Shown: in pieces, positions 49,438 through 59,866 of the stretch
Numbering within the stretch: the first letter of the stretch is position 1
How the letters are laid out: each line of letters begins with the position of its first letter
Assembly (NCBI GenBank): GCA_963725665.1
Contig: CAVRZA010000006.1
Span: 224,001-288,000 of the forward strand
From: an uncultured Actinomycetes bacterium
GTDB lineage: Bacteria; Actinomycetota; Thermoleophilia; UBA2241
Reading direction: 5' to 3'
DNA length: 64,000 nt
Made by a program: the position numbers and the translations under genes
The notes under the pieces: model-generated
The model's input: the letters and a program-made list of their open reading frames with translations, nothing else
Database searches by the model: none
Told to the model about the DNA's origin: nothing

Positions 49438-50128
49438 ACTGGCCGGCGCGGCCGAGGGTACGCACCTTGGGGTTCACGCCCCCGCGACAAGCGACCCACG
49501 CGTCGAAGCCGGTGGGCTCGGCGCAGAGGCCGGCATCGGCCTTCACGCCCCTCGCGGCGCACGCGTAGGCGCCGGCGCCGCTCGACTCCTCGTCCGTGTC
49601 GGTGCAGAAGACGACGTCGCCGGCCAGACGCACGTCGAGCCGGCGCATGGTCTCGAGCGCGAACAGCATGCCGCCCATGCCGCCCTTCATGTCGCAGCTT
49701 CCGCGGCCGTAGAGCAGGCCGTCGCGCACCTCTGGACGATGCGGGTGGCTCGTCCAGAGACCGACCGGTTCGGCGGAGACGGCGTCGATGTGGCCATTGA
49801 GCAACAGGGAGCGGCCGCCGCCCGCGCCGCGCAGGCGCGCGGCGAGCTGCGGCCGCCCCTCGAAGTCGAGATCGTCCGGCACGAAGCGGCTGCCGGAACC
49901 TGTGGGCTCCGGCTCCCAGACGTCGGTCTCGGCCTCGATCGTCTCGAGGCGCTCCCGCAGATACTCCTGCAGCTCGGCCTCCTGCCGCGGCGGGTCGCCT
50001 ACGTTGCGCGCCGTCGTGTCGAACGTGACCAGGTCCGAGACGAGGGCGACGAGCTCGTCCTTGCCGCCACGCACGGCGTCGACCACGCGCTCCTCGAGGA
50101 CCGAACGCAGCGCGCCGGGGTCGGTCAT
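49438..50128 (-). pseudogene. ArgE/DapE family M20 deacylase, 3'-truncated
   Basis: LLNGHIDAV, GRGSCDMKGG, DEE, EPT; ends at the IS remnant. Confidence 0.85.
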
Positions 50129-50193
50129 CGCGTCCTCCTTCAGAAGGGTGTGACCGGGACCGGGCCTCGGCCCGGCCCCGGTCACAGGATGCG

Positions 50194-51783
50194 TCACTCA
50201 GGCGGCAGCTCGCCGAACGTGACACTCAGGTCGATGCCCTGCTTGGCACCGCGCCAGCGCCAGACGTAGTACCAGATCATGCCGGCCGCCCACGCCGCCG
50301 CGAAGACGAAGAGGTTCTTGCCCGTGACGTCGCGCGACGTCGGGTCGATGAACGAGAAGTAGAGGAACGTGATGATGAACATCAGGTACAGGACCCCGCC
50401 GATGGTGACCAGCGGGATGCCGGCGATCCTCCACGAGTGGTAAGGCGAGGCCTCCCAGATGCCGCGCACTTTCTTGCGGTACGGGAAGAACACCGCCGAG
50501 ATGCCGGTCACGAGGAACACCGAGATGAACTGCATGCCGCCGCCGATAAGGCCGCTCAGGCTGCTGGTGAGCCAGAGCACGTACACGGCCACGCCGACTG
50601 CGAAGATGACCATCGCCACGGTCAGGTTCTTGATCGGCGAGGCGTGCGTCGGACTCACGTCGGTGAACCACTTCGGCCCCATGCGGTCGAGACCCCAGGC
50701 AAGCCACGCGCGCCCGATGATGAGGATGGCGATCGTGATCTCGAGCCAGATGACGGCGATGAAGGCGAGGAGGATCGACCAGGCCACGATGCCGCTCTGC
50801 GCCGCTCGCGATCCACGACAGGGTCAGGACATCGGGCGAGTAGGGCGCCGTGTAGCCCGGGACTCCGGCCCCGAAGCTGGCCTGCGCGCTCGCGCTGAGG
50901 AAGTTGAAGTCGACCATCCGGTAGAGCCCGGTGGCCAGCAGCAGGCCGAGCACGATCGGCACCCAGACGGCGAGTACGTTGCCGGTGAGCAGCGTCTTGT
51001 CGGGCCGCTTGACCTCGCCGCTCAGGTAGGCGATGGCGTAGTTGTAGACGAATAGCGCGTAGACGCCACTGAAGGCCCCGATCGTGTCGTGCCAGTTCCA
51101 CGTGGTCGGCAGTCGCCGGCCGCCTTGATGAAGGCGTTATAGTCGAGCGACTTGTACTGGGTGGCGATGGCGTTCCAGTGCGCGATGAAGTCGCCCTTGC
51201 TCGTCATCCAAATAGCGGCGATGAGCACGATGCAGCCGCCGATGGCGGGGATCAGCATGATCTTCTGGATGATCGCGTAGCTCCTCATGCTGAAGGCGAC
51301 CGAGAGGTAGCCGATGACGGTGATCATCACGCCGAGGATGAACAGCCCCTGCTTCGATGCGACCCAGTCGGTGAACCCCGCCCAGCCCATGTACTGTCCG
51401 AAGAGCTGAAGAGCAGGGACGCCCAACCAGGTGGCGATGAACCAGTTCCAGTAGAAGATGGCGAGGATGTTGGTAAAGACGGCCCCGAGCGCGACCGCCG
51501 GGTGCAGGATGCGTGAGTTGTAGACGTACTCACCGCCGGCACGCGGCATCGACCCGCTTAGGATGCCCCAGACGAGCGGTGCGCCGAGACCGGCCGTGAG
51601 CGCACCGATGATGATGGCGATGGTGAGGTTGCCGCCGGGGAACAGCGACAGGGCGATGCCCACCATCAGCCAGAGCGTGGCGATCGGCTGGCAGGTCATG
51701 AGCCCGGCGCCGAACGCATCCCACATGTCCAGGCCACGCACGAGGCCACTCGCTTTTCGTGCGAAGGCAAGTTCTTCAGGCAT
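50194..51783 (-). CDS. APC family amino acid/amine permease; two frameshifts (~51110 and ~50790)
   Basis: FARKASGLVR, MPRAGGEYVYNSR, C-terminal GIDL...FGELPPE. Confidence 0.85.
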
Positions 51784-51885
51784 TAAGTCCTCCTGACCGC
51801 TTGGAAACTGGACTGCTTTGGGCCCCGCCCGCAGCAGCCCCTGCCTCAAACCGTGCGTGCTCGCGGACTCATGCCATAGCACCCC

Positions 51886-52876
51886 CTAGATGATTGATTC
51901 CACGCCGTCAGGCACAGTAGCAGACCAAAGAACGGCTGGGACGGCCGAGACGATGGTTGAGCGTGACACACGCGGCCAGGCAGCAGAAGCGCTGCAGAAG
52001 ACGCTCGCGCAGGCCCGCCATCGTGCGCGCCCCGTGACGCTCCAGGGTGAGCAGGTCCTTGGCCGTCCAGAAGATCGACTCGATGCGCTGGCGGATGGGT
52101 GCCAGGTGAGGCCCCCGGCGCTGTTCGTCCTGGCGGGCGGGACGCACGATGAGCACGCCCAGCTCGGCCACGGCGCCGGCGAAGTCGCCTCCGGCGTAGC
52201 CCTTGTCGCAGAGAAGGACCTCACCGCCCGCCAACCCGCACCTCTCCAGCAGCCCCAGGCCGACCTCGCGCTCGTCACGGCCCGGCGCGGCCAGCTCGAG
52301 GGCCCTGGGGGTGCCGTCGGGGGCGAAGATGGCGTGCAGGCGCAGGCCCCAGAACCAGCGCGAGTGCGCGGCACACCAGCCGTAGCCGGCCACCTCGGCG
52401 AGGGCGGAGCGTCTGACGGTCTCGCGGCTGCGCGCGCACTCCACGGGGGTGGAGTCCATGAGCAGAAGGTCGTCCCTCGCACCCGGGCTCTGGGCGGCGA
52501 AGTGCGCCATCAGCCACTCGATCGCATCGGCCAGGCGGCGGCGGCGTTTGAAGTAGGCGGGCTGGGAGGGCAGGCGGGGAAAGAGGTGGTCAAGGCGCTT
52601 GCGGGCCACGGCCAGGAAGCGGCGGTCGGAGCAGATGCCCATGATGGCCTGGGCCACGCAGAGGGTGACGACCTCAGCGTCGGAGACGCGCCGGCGGGCG
52701 TTGCCCTTCGCCTCTGGCAGAAGATCGTCGGCTGTGCAATAAACGACCGTGCAGAGAGTGTCGAGGTTGGCGTCCATCGTGGCCTCCGGGTCGACGGTGT
52801 CTTAGGCACCGTCGGCTTCGACCTCTCTGCGTTTCTTTCCTTGCGCAGGCTCAAATTCGTGGAATCAGTCATCTAG
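51886..52876 (-). mobile_element. IS982 family element
   Basis: 18/19-bp inverted ends CTAGATGA(T/C)TGATTCCACG, where CTAG may be the target duplication. Confidence 0.9.
51908..52777 (-). CDS. IS982 family transposase
   Basis: SDAEVVTL, DSTPV, G.RLH, DKGY, RQRIES. Confidence 0.92.
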   Translation of the reverse strand: MDANLDTLCTVVYCTADDLLPEAKGNARRRVSDAEVVTLCVAQAIMGICSDRRFLAVARKRLDHLFPRLPSQPAYFKRRRRLADAIEWLMAHFAAQSPGARDDLLLMDSTPVECARSRETVRRSALAEVAGYGWCAAHSRWFWGLRLHAIFAPDGTPRALELAAPGRDEREVGLGLLERCGLAGGEVLLCDKGYAGGDFAGAVAELGVLIVRPARQDEQRRGPHLAPIRQRIESIFWTAKDLLTLERHGARTMAGLRERLLQRFCCLAACVTLNHRLGRPSRSLVCYCA

Positions 52877-52973
52877 TGCGTCGCCCCCTGCCCCTGTCGC
52901 GGCACACAGACCGACTGCGTGCTTTCCTTGCTTCCCTGCATCACGTGCCGACAGGGAGCTTCTGGACACCACT

Positions 52974-54176
52974 TCACGCGCTCTTGATCTTCTGCCAGGC
53001 CTCGGCCCACTTCTCCGTGAAGGCACCGAGGTCGGTCTCCTGCTGGCCCCGCTTCAGCTCCTCCTCGTTGGGTTCGAAGGAAAGCACGATCTTGTCGACC
53101 CACGCCTTCGCCTGCGGGATCGGCGTGTGGTACCAGGTGTAGTTGATGGTCTCCGCCGCGACCTTGGGGTCCATCAAGAAGTTCATGAGCAGGTGCGCGG
53201 CGTACGGGCTCGGCGCCCCCACGGGGATGCAGTAGCAGTCCTGGTAGATGTTGTAACCCTCGAGGGGCAGCACGTACTGCAGCCGCTTGGCGCCCAGGGT
53301 GGGCAGCGCCATGAGCAGCCAGCCGTCCCAGCCCTGCACCAGGGGCACGCCGGAGATGATGGCGCGCTTCATGTTGATCGAATCGTAGGCACGCACGAGC
53401 GGCTTCTGCTCGATGCACTTCTGGGTCGCCTGATCGAGCTCCGCCTGGTTGGTGCAGTTCTCCTTGCAGCCGAGCATGATGAGGGCCGACATCAGGAGCT
53501 CGCGCTGGTCGTTTAGCATGTTGATCCGGCCTTTGTAGTTCGGGTTCCAGAGGTCGGCCCACTTGGTGATGGGCTCCTTGATCATGTCGATGCGCACGCC
53601 GATGCCGGTGGTCCCCCAGTCGTAGGGGATGCTGTACTTCTTGCCGCCGTTCTCGTCCGGGTTGTCGTAGAGCGGCTTCTGGAAGCGCTCGGCCAAAGTG
53701 CGGAAGTTGGGCAGGTACGCCATATGCAGCGGCTGGATGAGGCCCGTCTTCATGAGGACGTGCACCATGTAGTCGGAGGGCACGATGAGGTCGTAGCCGC
53801 GGGCGCCCGCCTTGAGCTTGGAGAGCAGCGCCTCGTTGTCGTCGAAGTACGTCTGCTTGACCTTGATGCCGTACTTCTTCTCGAACCGCGAGATGACGTT
53901 GGGCGCCGTGTAGTCGGCCCAGTTGTAGAGGTGCAGCGTGCTCGGCAGCGTGGTGTCGAGCGGTGTGGGCGAGGCCGATGTGGTCGTCGGGACCTTGCCG
54001 CCGCAGGCCGCCAACACGGCGCCAGCGGCGGAGAGCGATAGGCCCAGAGCGGTCGCGCGGACAAGAAACTGCCGGCGGCTGATGCGCTCCTCTGCGAGGT
54101 CGGCAACGAGCGCCTCGAGACGCCGGTCCCTCAGTGACGTGGATGGTTCGGCGGAATCGCCGGAGAAGCCGTTCAT
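52974..54176 (-). CDS. polyamine ABC transporter substrate-binding protein (PotD/PotF-like, Tat lipoprotein)
   Basis: SRRQFL...LAAC, YNWADY, YDLIVPSDY, PYDWGTTGI. Confidence 0.92.
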   Translation of the reverse strand: MNGFSGDSAEPSTSLRDRRLEALVADLAEERISRRQFLVRATALGLSLSAAGAVLAACGGKVPTTTSASPTPLDTTLPSTLHLYNWADYTAPNVISRFEKKYGIKVKQTYFDDNEALLSKLKAGARGYDLIVPSDYMVHVLMKTGLIQPLHMAYLPNFRTLAERFQKPLYDNPDENGGKKYSIPYDWGTTGIGVRIDMIKEPITKWADLWNPNYKGRINMLNDQRELLMSALIMLGCKENCTNQAELDQATQKCIEQKPLVRAYDSINMKRAIISGVPLVQGWDGWLLMALPTLGAKRLQYVLPLEGYNIYQDCYCIPVGAPSPYAAHLLMNFLMDPKVAAETINYTWYHTPIPQAKAWVDKIVLSFEPNEEELKRGQQETDLGAFTEKWAEAWQKIKSA

Positions 54177-54764
54177 GGCTCTTGCCCCTCTGTGTAACGT
54201 CGCGTGCCAGAGGGCCCAAGAGGCCGTCTGGCCTCACAAGGATTATACTCCTGACCCGCTTCGACAACCATCCATTGGCCCCTAGGGCTACTGTCTGCGA
54301 GGGCCCTCAGGCAGCCGGCCGGCTAGTCGCCTGACGTTCTCCTTGCCGCGATCACTCTGGAGGCCATCGACCGCGAGATCGGCAGGCTGGAGGCGCAACT
54401 CGGCCAGCGGGAGCAGTGAGCAGAGACGGCCGGCGGCGCGCTCGGCAGTCTGTCGGCAGTAGCCACGACGGGCAGGACAAGGGGAGCAGCTGGAGGTTCC
54501 GCCGTGATGTGCCAGCCAGACGGCCCTCTCCCGCAGGCTTCGCCTCCGCTAGCAATGCCCCTTGAAGGACAGAGCAGCGATAGACTGCGAGCCCTGATCC
54601 CGCAGATGTTCGCGTGTCCTGTCGGCGGCCTAATACCGTGGCAAGTAGTGGGCTTCATCAGGTCAGTCGGCTGTCAGCATCGATCTCCCTTCTCCCTCCT
54701 CCCTGATGTGCAGGTGGCTCATCGGGGAACACTCCTTAGTGCCACCGACGAAGGAGGTGAGGTC

Positions 54765-55055
54765 ATGATGGCAGTGAGTCCACAGGACCTTGTCGGGCGT
54801 GAGGTTTTCGCACGCGATGGCGACAAGATGGGGACCATCAAGGAGCTGGTCTACGAGGGGGACTACGTCGTCGTTCGGCGGCTGCTGTCCAGGCTCGTCG
54901 TGCCGGTCAGGGCGATCGAAAGCTCGGGCGACCGGCTGCTGATACCACACACCTCGTCGTACCTTGACATGGCTCCGAAGGTCGACACCAAGCACCCCCT
55001 GTCTGCGGAGGACAGGAGCCTGCTCGAGGACTTCTACATGCCGCACGCGGCGTAG
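54765..55055 (+). CDS. PRC-barrel domain protein
   Basis: RBS AGGAGG; LVGREV...DGDKMG.I..L...VP...AP.......LS.E....L..FY. Confidence 0.8.
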   Translation: MMAVSPQDLVGREVFARDGDKMGTIKELVYEGDYVVVRRLLSRLVVPVRAIESSGDRLLIPHTSSYLDMAPKVDTKHPLSAEDRSLLEDFYMPHAA

Positions 55056-55369
55056 CAGTTGCGCCCCCGTCGCCCGGCGGGGGCGTCTTTACAGGGGCCA
55101 CGGGCTATCCGGACGGTTCAGGCGTTCCGAGCGGAAGTGGAACATCGTGGGTCTTATGGTGTTCATCGCCGAGAACGGTAGTCAGACACTCAGATGGAAC
55201 GGGGCTGGAAGAGGTTCGGGGGCGCTCTTCGGGGGTCAGTGGATTTGCCGGGGGACCTGGGGCCTGCATGTGCTCGATCCTCGCCTCGCTTCGCCCGCCG
55301 GGAGTCTTCGAAGCAGACTGCGATCCGCCGCCTCCGTTCGCAACCAGGGAATCGTCAGGGGGTCACGCC

Positions 55370-56542
55370 GTGAATGAGAACGAGATCGCCAGACTCGTGC
55401 AAGAGTCCGCCCGTGGCAGCTGCACCCGCGGCCAATTCATCCGCGGTGCTGTGGCTGCCGGGCTTTCCGTGCCGGCGGCTGCCGCCCTCTTGGCGGCCTG
55501 TGGCAGCGCTGGCACGAGCGGGACGACGTCGCAGCCCACGGCGATGGACACCACAAAGCCCGCCAAACTCTTCCTCTACAACTGGGCCGATTATCTCGCG
55601 CCCTCCGTGCAGAAGGGCTTCGAGCGCACGTACGGCATCAAGGTGGTGCAGACCTACTTCGACGACAACGAGGCCATGCTTACGAAGCTCAAGGCCGGAG
55701 CCACGGGGTACGACGTCATCGTGCCCACCGGCTACATGTCCACCATCCTCGCCAAGACCGGCTTGATCCAGCCCTTGAACGCCGACCTGCTGCCCAACCG
55801 CGAGTACATTCCGCCCAAGTACGAGAACCCGGCCTACGACCCGGTGACGAACGGCAAGTTCTACACCGTGCCCTACATGTGGGGCACCACCGGCATCTGC
55901 TTGCGCACGGACAAGATAAAGGACGAGCTCACACGCTGGGCAGATCTCTGGAACCCCAAGTACAAGAACATGATCGCGATGATGAACGACGAGAGAGAGG
56001 ACCTGGGGGCTGCCCTGAAGCTCCTGGGCTACTCCCTCAACACGACCGATCCCGGCGAGATCAGACAGGCGGCCGACAAGCTCATCGAGCAGAAGCCGCT
56101 CGTGCGCAAGTACGTCGTCACGTCGGTGTGGCGGGAGATCGCCGCGGGAACGCCGATCTGTCACTCGTGGAACGGGGAGGTAGCCCTGGCCGTGAACGGA
56201 CTAGGCAAGGGCAGCGAGAAGCTCGTCAAGTTCGTGCTCCCGCAGGAGGGCTTCACGGTCTGGACGGACACCCTGGCCATACCGGTAGGAGCGCCGAGCC
56301 CCTACGGAGCGCATCTGTTCATGAACTACGTGATGGATCCCAAGGTGGCCGAGAAGAACGCCCTCTTCACCGGCTATCTTCCTGGCAATGTGCCGGCGAT
56401 GGCTGGGGTGCAGGAGAAGAACCCGGTGGCCGCGATGATAACTCCGACCGACCAGGAGCTTGAGCGTGGCGAGTTCCTCCTCGACCCCGGCGTCGCGACG
56501 CAGTACTACTCGTCAGAGTGGCAACGGGTGAAGTCAGCCTAG
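55370..56542 (+). CDS. polyamine ABC transporter substrate-binding protein (PotD/PotF-like lipoprotein)
   Basis: LAAC, YNWADY, YDVIVPTGY, PYMWGTTGI; paralog of 52974-54176. Confidence 0.92.
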   Translation: MNENEIARLVQESARGSCTRGQFIRGAVAAGLSVPAAAALLAACGSAGTSGTTSQPTAMDTTKPAKLFLYNWADYLAPSVQKGFERTYGIKVVQTYFDDNEAMLTKLKAGATGYDVIVPTGYMSTILAKTGLIQPLNADLLPNREYIPPKYENPAYDPVTNGKFYTVPYMWGTTGICLRTDKIKDELTRWADLWNPKYKNMIAMMNDEREDLGAALKLLGYSLNTTDPGEIRQAADKLIEQKPLVRKYVVTSVWREIAAGTPICHSWNGEVALAVNGLGKGSEKLVKFVLPQEGFTVWTDTLAIPVGAPSPYGAHLFMNYVMDPKVAEKNALFTGYLPGNVPAMAGVQEKNPVAAMITPTDQELERGEFLLDPGVATQYYSSEWQRVKSA

Positions 56543-57033
56543 CCCTTTCGCACTACTGCAGCGTCATGAAGCCCGCCGCCTCGGCAGCGCTCAGCATCCG
56601 CCGGACAGAGGCCCGAGTCACCGCAGTGGCAGCGGGCCCCAGCCCCTCTTGTGGCGGTGAGGAGGGACCCCTCGTGCCTGATCGGGGGGTCACGGCCGCA
56701 GGAGGCCATCCTCTCGCCACGCGTGCAAGCCCAAAGGAGTACGCGCGCCTGCCGAGTTGTGCCGCCAGGACGTCTCGAGGTCAGGGCCTGTGGCTAGAGG
56801 AGCACACCGCCAGTTCTCAGGACGCAGCCGCCACTGCAGCCACTGCAGCCGACTTTCGTCCGGCCATGAAAATCCACCTGGGAGGCCCGCGTTGTGTCCA
56901 GCGGTAGCGGTGGTTGTAGGCTGCCATGACCGGGCCAGGGGCTTCCGGGAGAACGCAGGACGGGCAGGCCGCGCAATGCCGTGGGCTACAAGCCCGATCT
57001 TGTCTGTGGCCGCCCCTGCGACTGCACCCGGGT

Positions 57034-58470
57034 GTGCTTATGAGCACGAATCCGTCGGTGTCGATTCGCCCGCCTGCGCTCCGCGGTCAAGCGAGCCAGA
57101 AAGGAGTGCCCATGCGAGCGATCGGCATCGACGTCCACCGCGACTTCTGCGAGCTGGCGATCTCGGAGGACGGACGCCTGCGCTCGGCCGGGCGCGTCGC
57201 CTCGACCCCGGCCGAGCTTGCGCTGCTGGCCGCCAGTCTGCAAGCCGACGACGTGGTGGCCCTGGAGACGACCGGCAACGCACTGGCCATCGCGCGCATC
57301 CTCGAGGGACACGTGGCGCGCGTGGTGGTGGCCAGCGCCAAGGAGCTGCACGCGATCTCAGACGCCAAGGCCAAGACCGACCGCAGAGACGCGCGCACCC
57401 TGGCCAGGCTGCTGGCGGCCGGCATGCTGGAGGGTACCTGGCTGCCCGACGAGGCCACACGCGCCCTGCGCCGTCGGCTGCAGCGTCGGGAGCAGCTCGT
57501 GCGCCAGCGCAGCCGTCTCAAGAACGAGATCCACGCCACCCTGTATCGCAACCTCTCGGGTGCCGGTCCGGCCAGCGATCTCTTCGGGACGGCGGGGCGG
57601 CGCTGGCTGGCCGGCCTTGCGCTGCCCGCCGACGAGCGCGAGACGGTCGACGGCTGCCTGCGCGTGCTCGACTTCCTCGGTGACGAGGTCGACCACCTGG
57701 AGCAGGCCGTCGCTTGCCAGGCGCTGGCCTCGCCCGAGATCCGCCGCCTCGTGACGATCCCCGGCGTCAACCTGATCACCGCCGCCACCCTGATGGCCGT
57801 GATCGGCGACGTGGGGCGCTTTGCCTCGGCGCGTAAGCTGGTCGGTTACCTGGGCCTCGATCCGCGCGTGCGCCAGTCGGGCTCCGCTGCGGCGCGCATG
57901 GGACGGATCTCCAAGGAGGGCGCCGCCAGCGCGCGCCGCGTGCTCTGCGAGGCCGCCCAGGCGGCCATGCGCACCCCGGGGCCGCTGCGCGCCTTCGGGC
58001 AGCGCGTAGGAGCCCGGCGCGGCCACCAGGTGGCCGTCGTGGCCGTCGCCCGCAAGCTGGCCAGCCTCGCCTGGCGGCTGCTTGACAAGCGGCCAGGACT
58101 ACGCCTTTGCCAGCCCCTCGCGGGTGGCCTTGAAGCTGCGCCGCATCGAGCTGCGCGCCGGTGCGCCGCGCCAGCGCGGACGCCGCTCGAACGCGACACT
58201 GAACGCCCGGCGGGAACGCGAACGAGAGCTCGCCTTGGCCGCCGAGCGCGCCTACCAGCGCCTGGTCTCAGACTGGCAGGCCGGCGCCAAGAAGGACAAG
58301 GGCGCGGGCGCCGCAGCGGGGCGCGCATCCTAGGAAGGCCCGCGCAGGACCGAGCAGCGCGGCAGACTCACAAGCCCCGACGTCTGCGCTTGAGCTCGCG
58401 GTCACCCGCACCCAAGAGATTACGTTCGCACAGGGAGGTCGGGCTGTCGAGAAGGACTTGACTTTCATCC
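57034..58470 (+). mobile_element. IS110 family element; ends approximate
   Basis: Transposase plus downstream non-coding region ending TTGACTTTCATCC. Confidence 0.7.
57112..58333 (+). CDS. IS110 family transposase; frameshift near 58083
   Basis: IGIDVH, LETTG, KTDRRDA, GLDP...QSG...GRISK.G, ARKLA. Confidence 0.9.
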
Positions 58471-58547
58471 GTCGGCAATATGTCGGCAAAGGGACAGACT
58501 GGCCAAAACAGGCGCAGACCGAGAGTGGCTATGTGCAGGGAAAAGCT

Positions 58548-58597
58548 TGGAGGCGGCGACCGGAGTCGAACCGGTGATGGAGGTTTTGCAGACCTCC
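58548..58597 (-). repeat. tRNA-Cys(GCA) 3' two-thirds; 5' part degenerate
   Basis: Full anticodon arm GAGGT-CTGCAAA-ACCTC, T arm and CCA; 5' acceptor strand does not pair. Confidence 0.85.
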
Positions 58598-58631
58598 CGC
58601 CCCTTCCGTGCCTACGAGAGGACCATGCCTT

Positions 58632-59393
58632 CTACGAAAGGACCTTGCGGCTCTCCAGGTGCAGATCGACCTTGCGCTTGATGCGCTGCAGCGCGTTGTC
58701 GACGGTCTTGCAGTCGCAGTCGAGCTCGCGCGCGATCTTCTCGTAGGAGAGGCCGCGCAGGTAGAGCCTGAGCACGCGGCTCTCGAGGTTGGAGAGCAGA
58801 CGCGTCAGGCAGTGTTTGAGGCTCTCGACCTCTTCCGAGGAGATCACCTGGTTCACGGGGTCGTGGACGGTGGGACCGGGCAGGATGTCGGCGAGAGAGC
58901 ACTCGCCCTCGTCGCCGGCATCGCCCGGCGTATGGCTGAAGGACAGGTACCCATTGAGGGGAACGTGCTTCTGCCGCGTCGCCGTCTTGATCGCGGTGAT
59001 TATCTGGCGCGTTATGCAGAGCTCGGCGAAACTGCGAAAGGACGCCTGCCTGTCTTCACGGTAGTCACGCACGGCCTTGTAGAGACCGAGCATCCCCTCC
59101 TGGACCAGGTCCTCGGCGTCGCCGCCGGCGAGAAAGTACGAGCTGGCCTTCAGACGCACGAACTGGTGGTAACGCAACATCAGGGCGTCGAGCGCCGGCG
59201 TGTTGCCGCGACGATACGCGTTGACCAACGCAAGGTCTGAACTCTCGTGGAAGGGTTGAGGGTTCTGGAGGTGGGTCGAGGCCCTGCCGGGCTCCGCTTG
59301 GCGCGCCGGCTTCGTACCCCTCACCTCTTGGCTTTTTCGCTGCATACGAGGAACTACTGCCCCTGGGTCCTCATCCTTTCGAGCCTGCGCCAA
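58632..59393 (-). CDS. sigH: RNA polymerase sigma factor SigH
   Basis: YFLAGGD.EDLVQEGM.GLYKAVRDY, FAELCITRQIITAIKTATRQKH, DNALQRIKRK; start uncertain. Confidence 0.93.
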   Translation of the reverse strand: MAQARKDEDPGAVVPRMQRKSQEVRGTKPARQAEPGRASTHLQNPQPFHESSDLALVNAYRRGNTPALDALMLRYHQFVRLKASSYFLAGGDAEDLVQEGMLGLYKAVRDYREDRQASFRSFAELCITRQIITAIKTATRQKHVPLNGYLSFSHTPGDAGDEGECSLADILPGPTVHDPVNQVISSEEVESLKHCLTRLLSNLESRVLRLYLRGLSYEKIARELDCDCKTVDNALQRIKRKVDLHLESRKVLS

Positions 59394-59866
59394 GTCTCAA
59401 GGTCAACTTTATCCTCAAGGCTCCCCGGCATTCTAGTCGAATCGTCGGACTTTGCAAGGTCTTTTGAGAGGAAGTCGATGTCGAGGCCGAGCTCGCGCGG
59501 CGTCATGCGCCGTACCCCGGCCCGAGCCGCCGTTCGCTGCACCTCCTGGTCTGCCGACACCACGACCACCGAGACGTCGGGCGGCTGCTCGGCGATACGC
59601 CGTGCTATGAGCGTGTCGGCCGAGAACTTGCCCCCGGCGAAGCACACCTCGACACGCGTGCCCGTCAGCGGCTCGCAGGCCGGCCTCGGCTTGCCGTGCG
59701 CATCCCACACGAGGACCACGTCGGCCTCGCGCAGAGCCGCGAAGCTCGCGAGCTGATCGGCCAGCCAGTCCCGACGACGGGCCAGCTCGCTGGCGGACAT
59801 CTCCGCGAACAGGGCGTGCAGCACGTTGTAGCCGTCGACGACGTAGAGCAGACGGGACGCGTTCAC
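59354..59866 (-). CDS. NYN domain RNase (YacP/Rae1-like)
   Basis: VDGYNV, VWDA, SADT.I, VVSAD; conserved position between rlmB and sigH. Confidence 0.9.
   Translation of the reverse strand: MNASRLLYVVDGYNVLHALFAEMSASELARRRDWLADQLASFAALREADVVLVWDAHGKPRPACEPLTGTRVEVCFAGGKFSADTLIARRIAEQPPDVSVVVVSADQEVQRTAARAGVRRMTPRELGLDIDFLSKDLAKSDDSTRMPGSLEDKVDLETWRRLERMRTQGQ

Noticed and set aside
49172-50197. ArgE-transposase fusion protein
   Set aside because: Better explained as a chance in-frame junction of a truncated deacylase with an IS remnant
54335-54419. ITLEAIDREIGRLEAQL fragment, possibly a recombinase C-terminal remnant
   Set aside because: Too short to assign without a search
18032-58597. Functional tRNA-Cys or tRNA-Ala genes
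   Set aside because: All five copies lack a pairing 5' acceptor strand and D arm, so they are called att-like fragments
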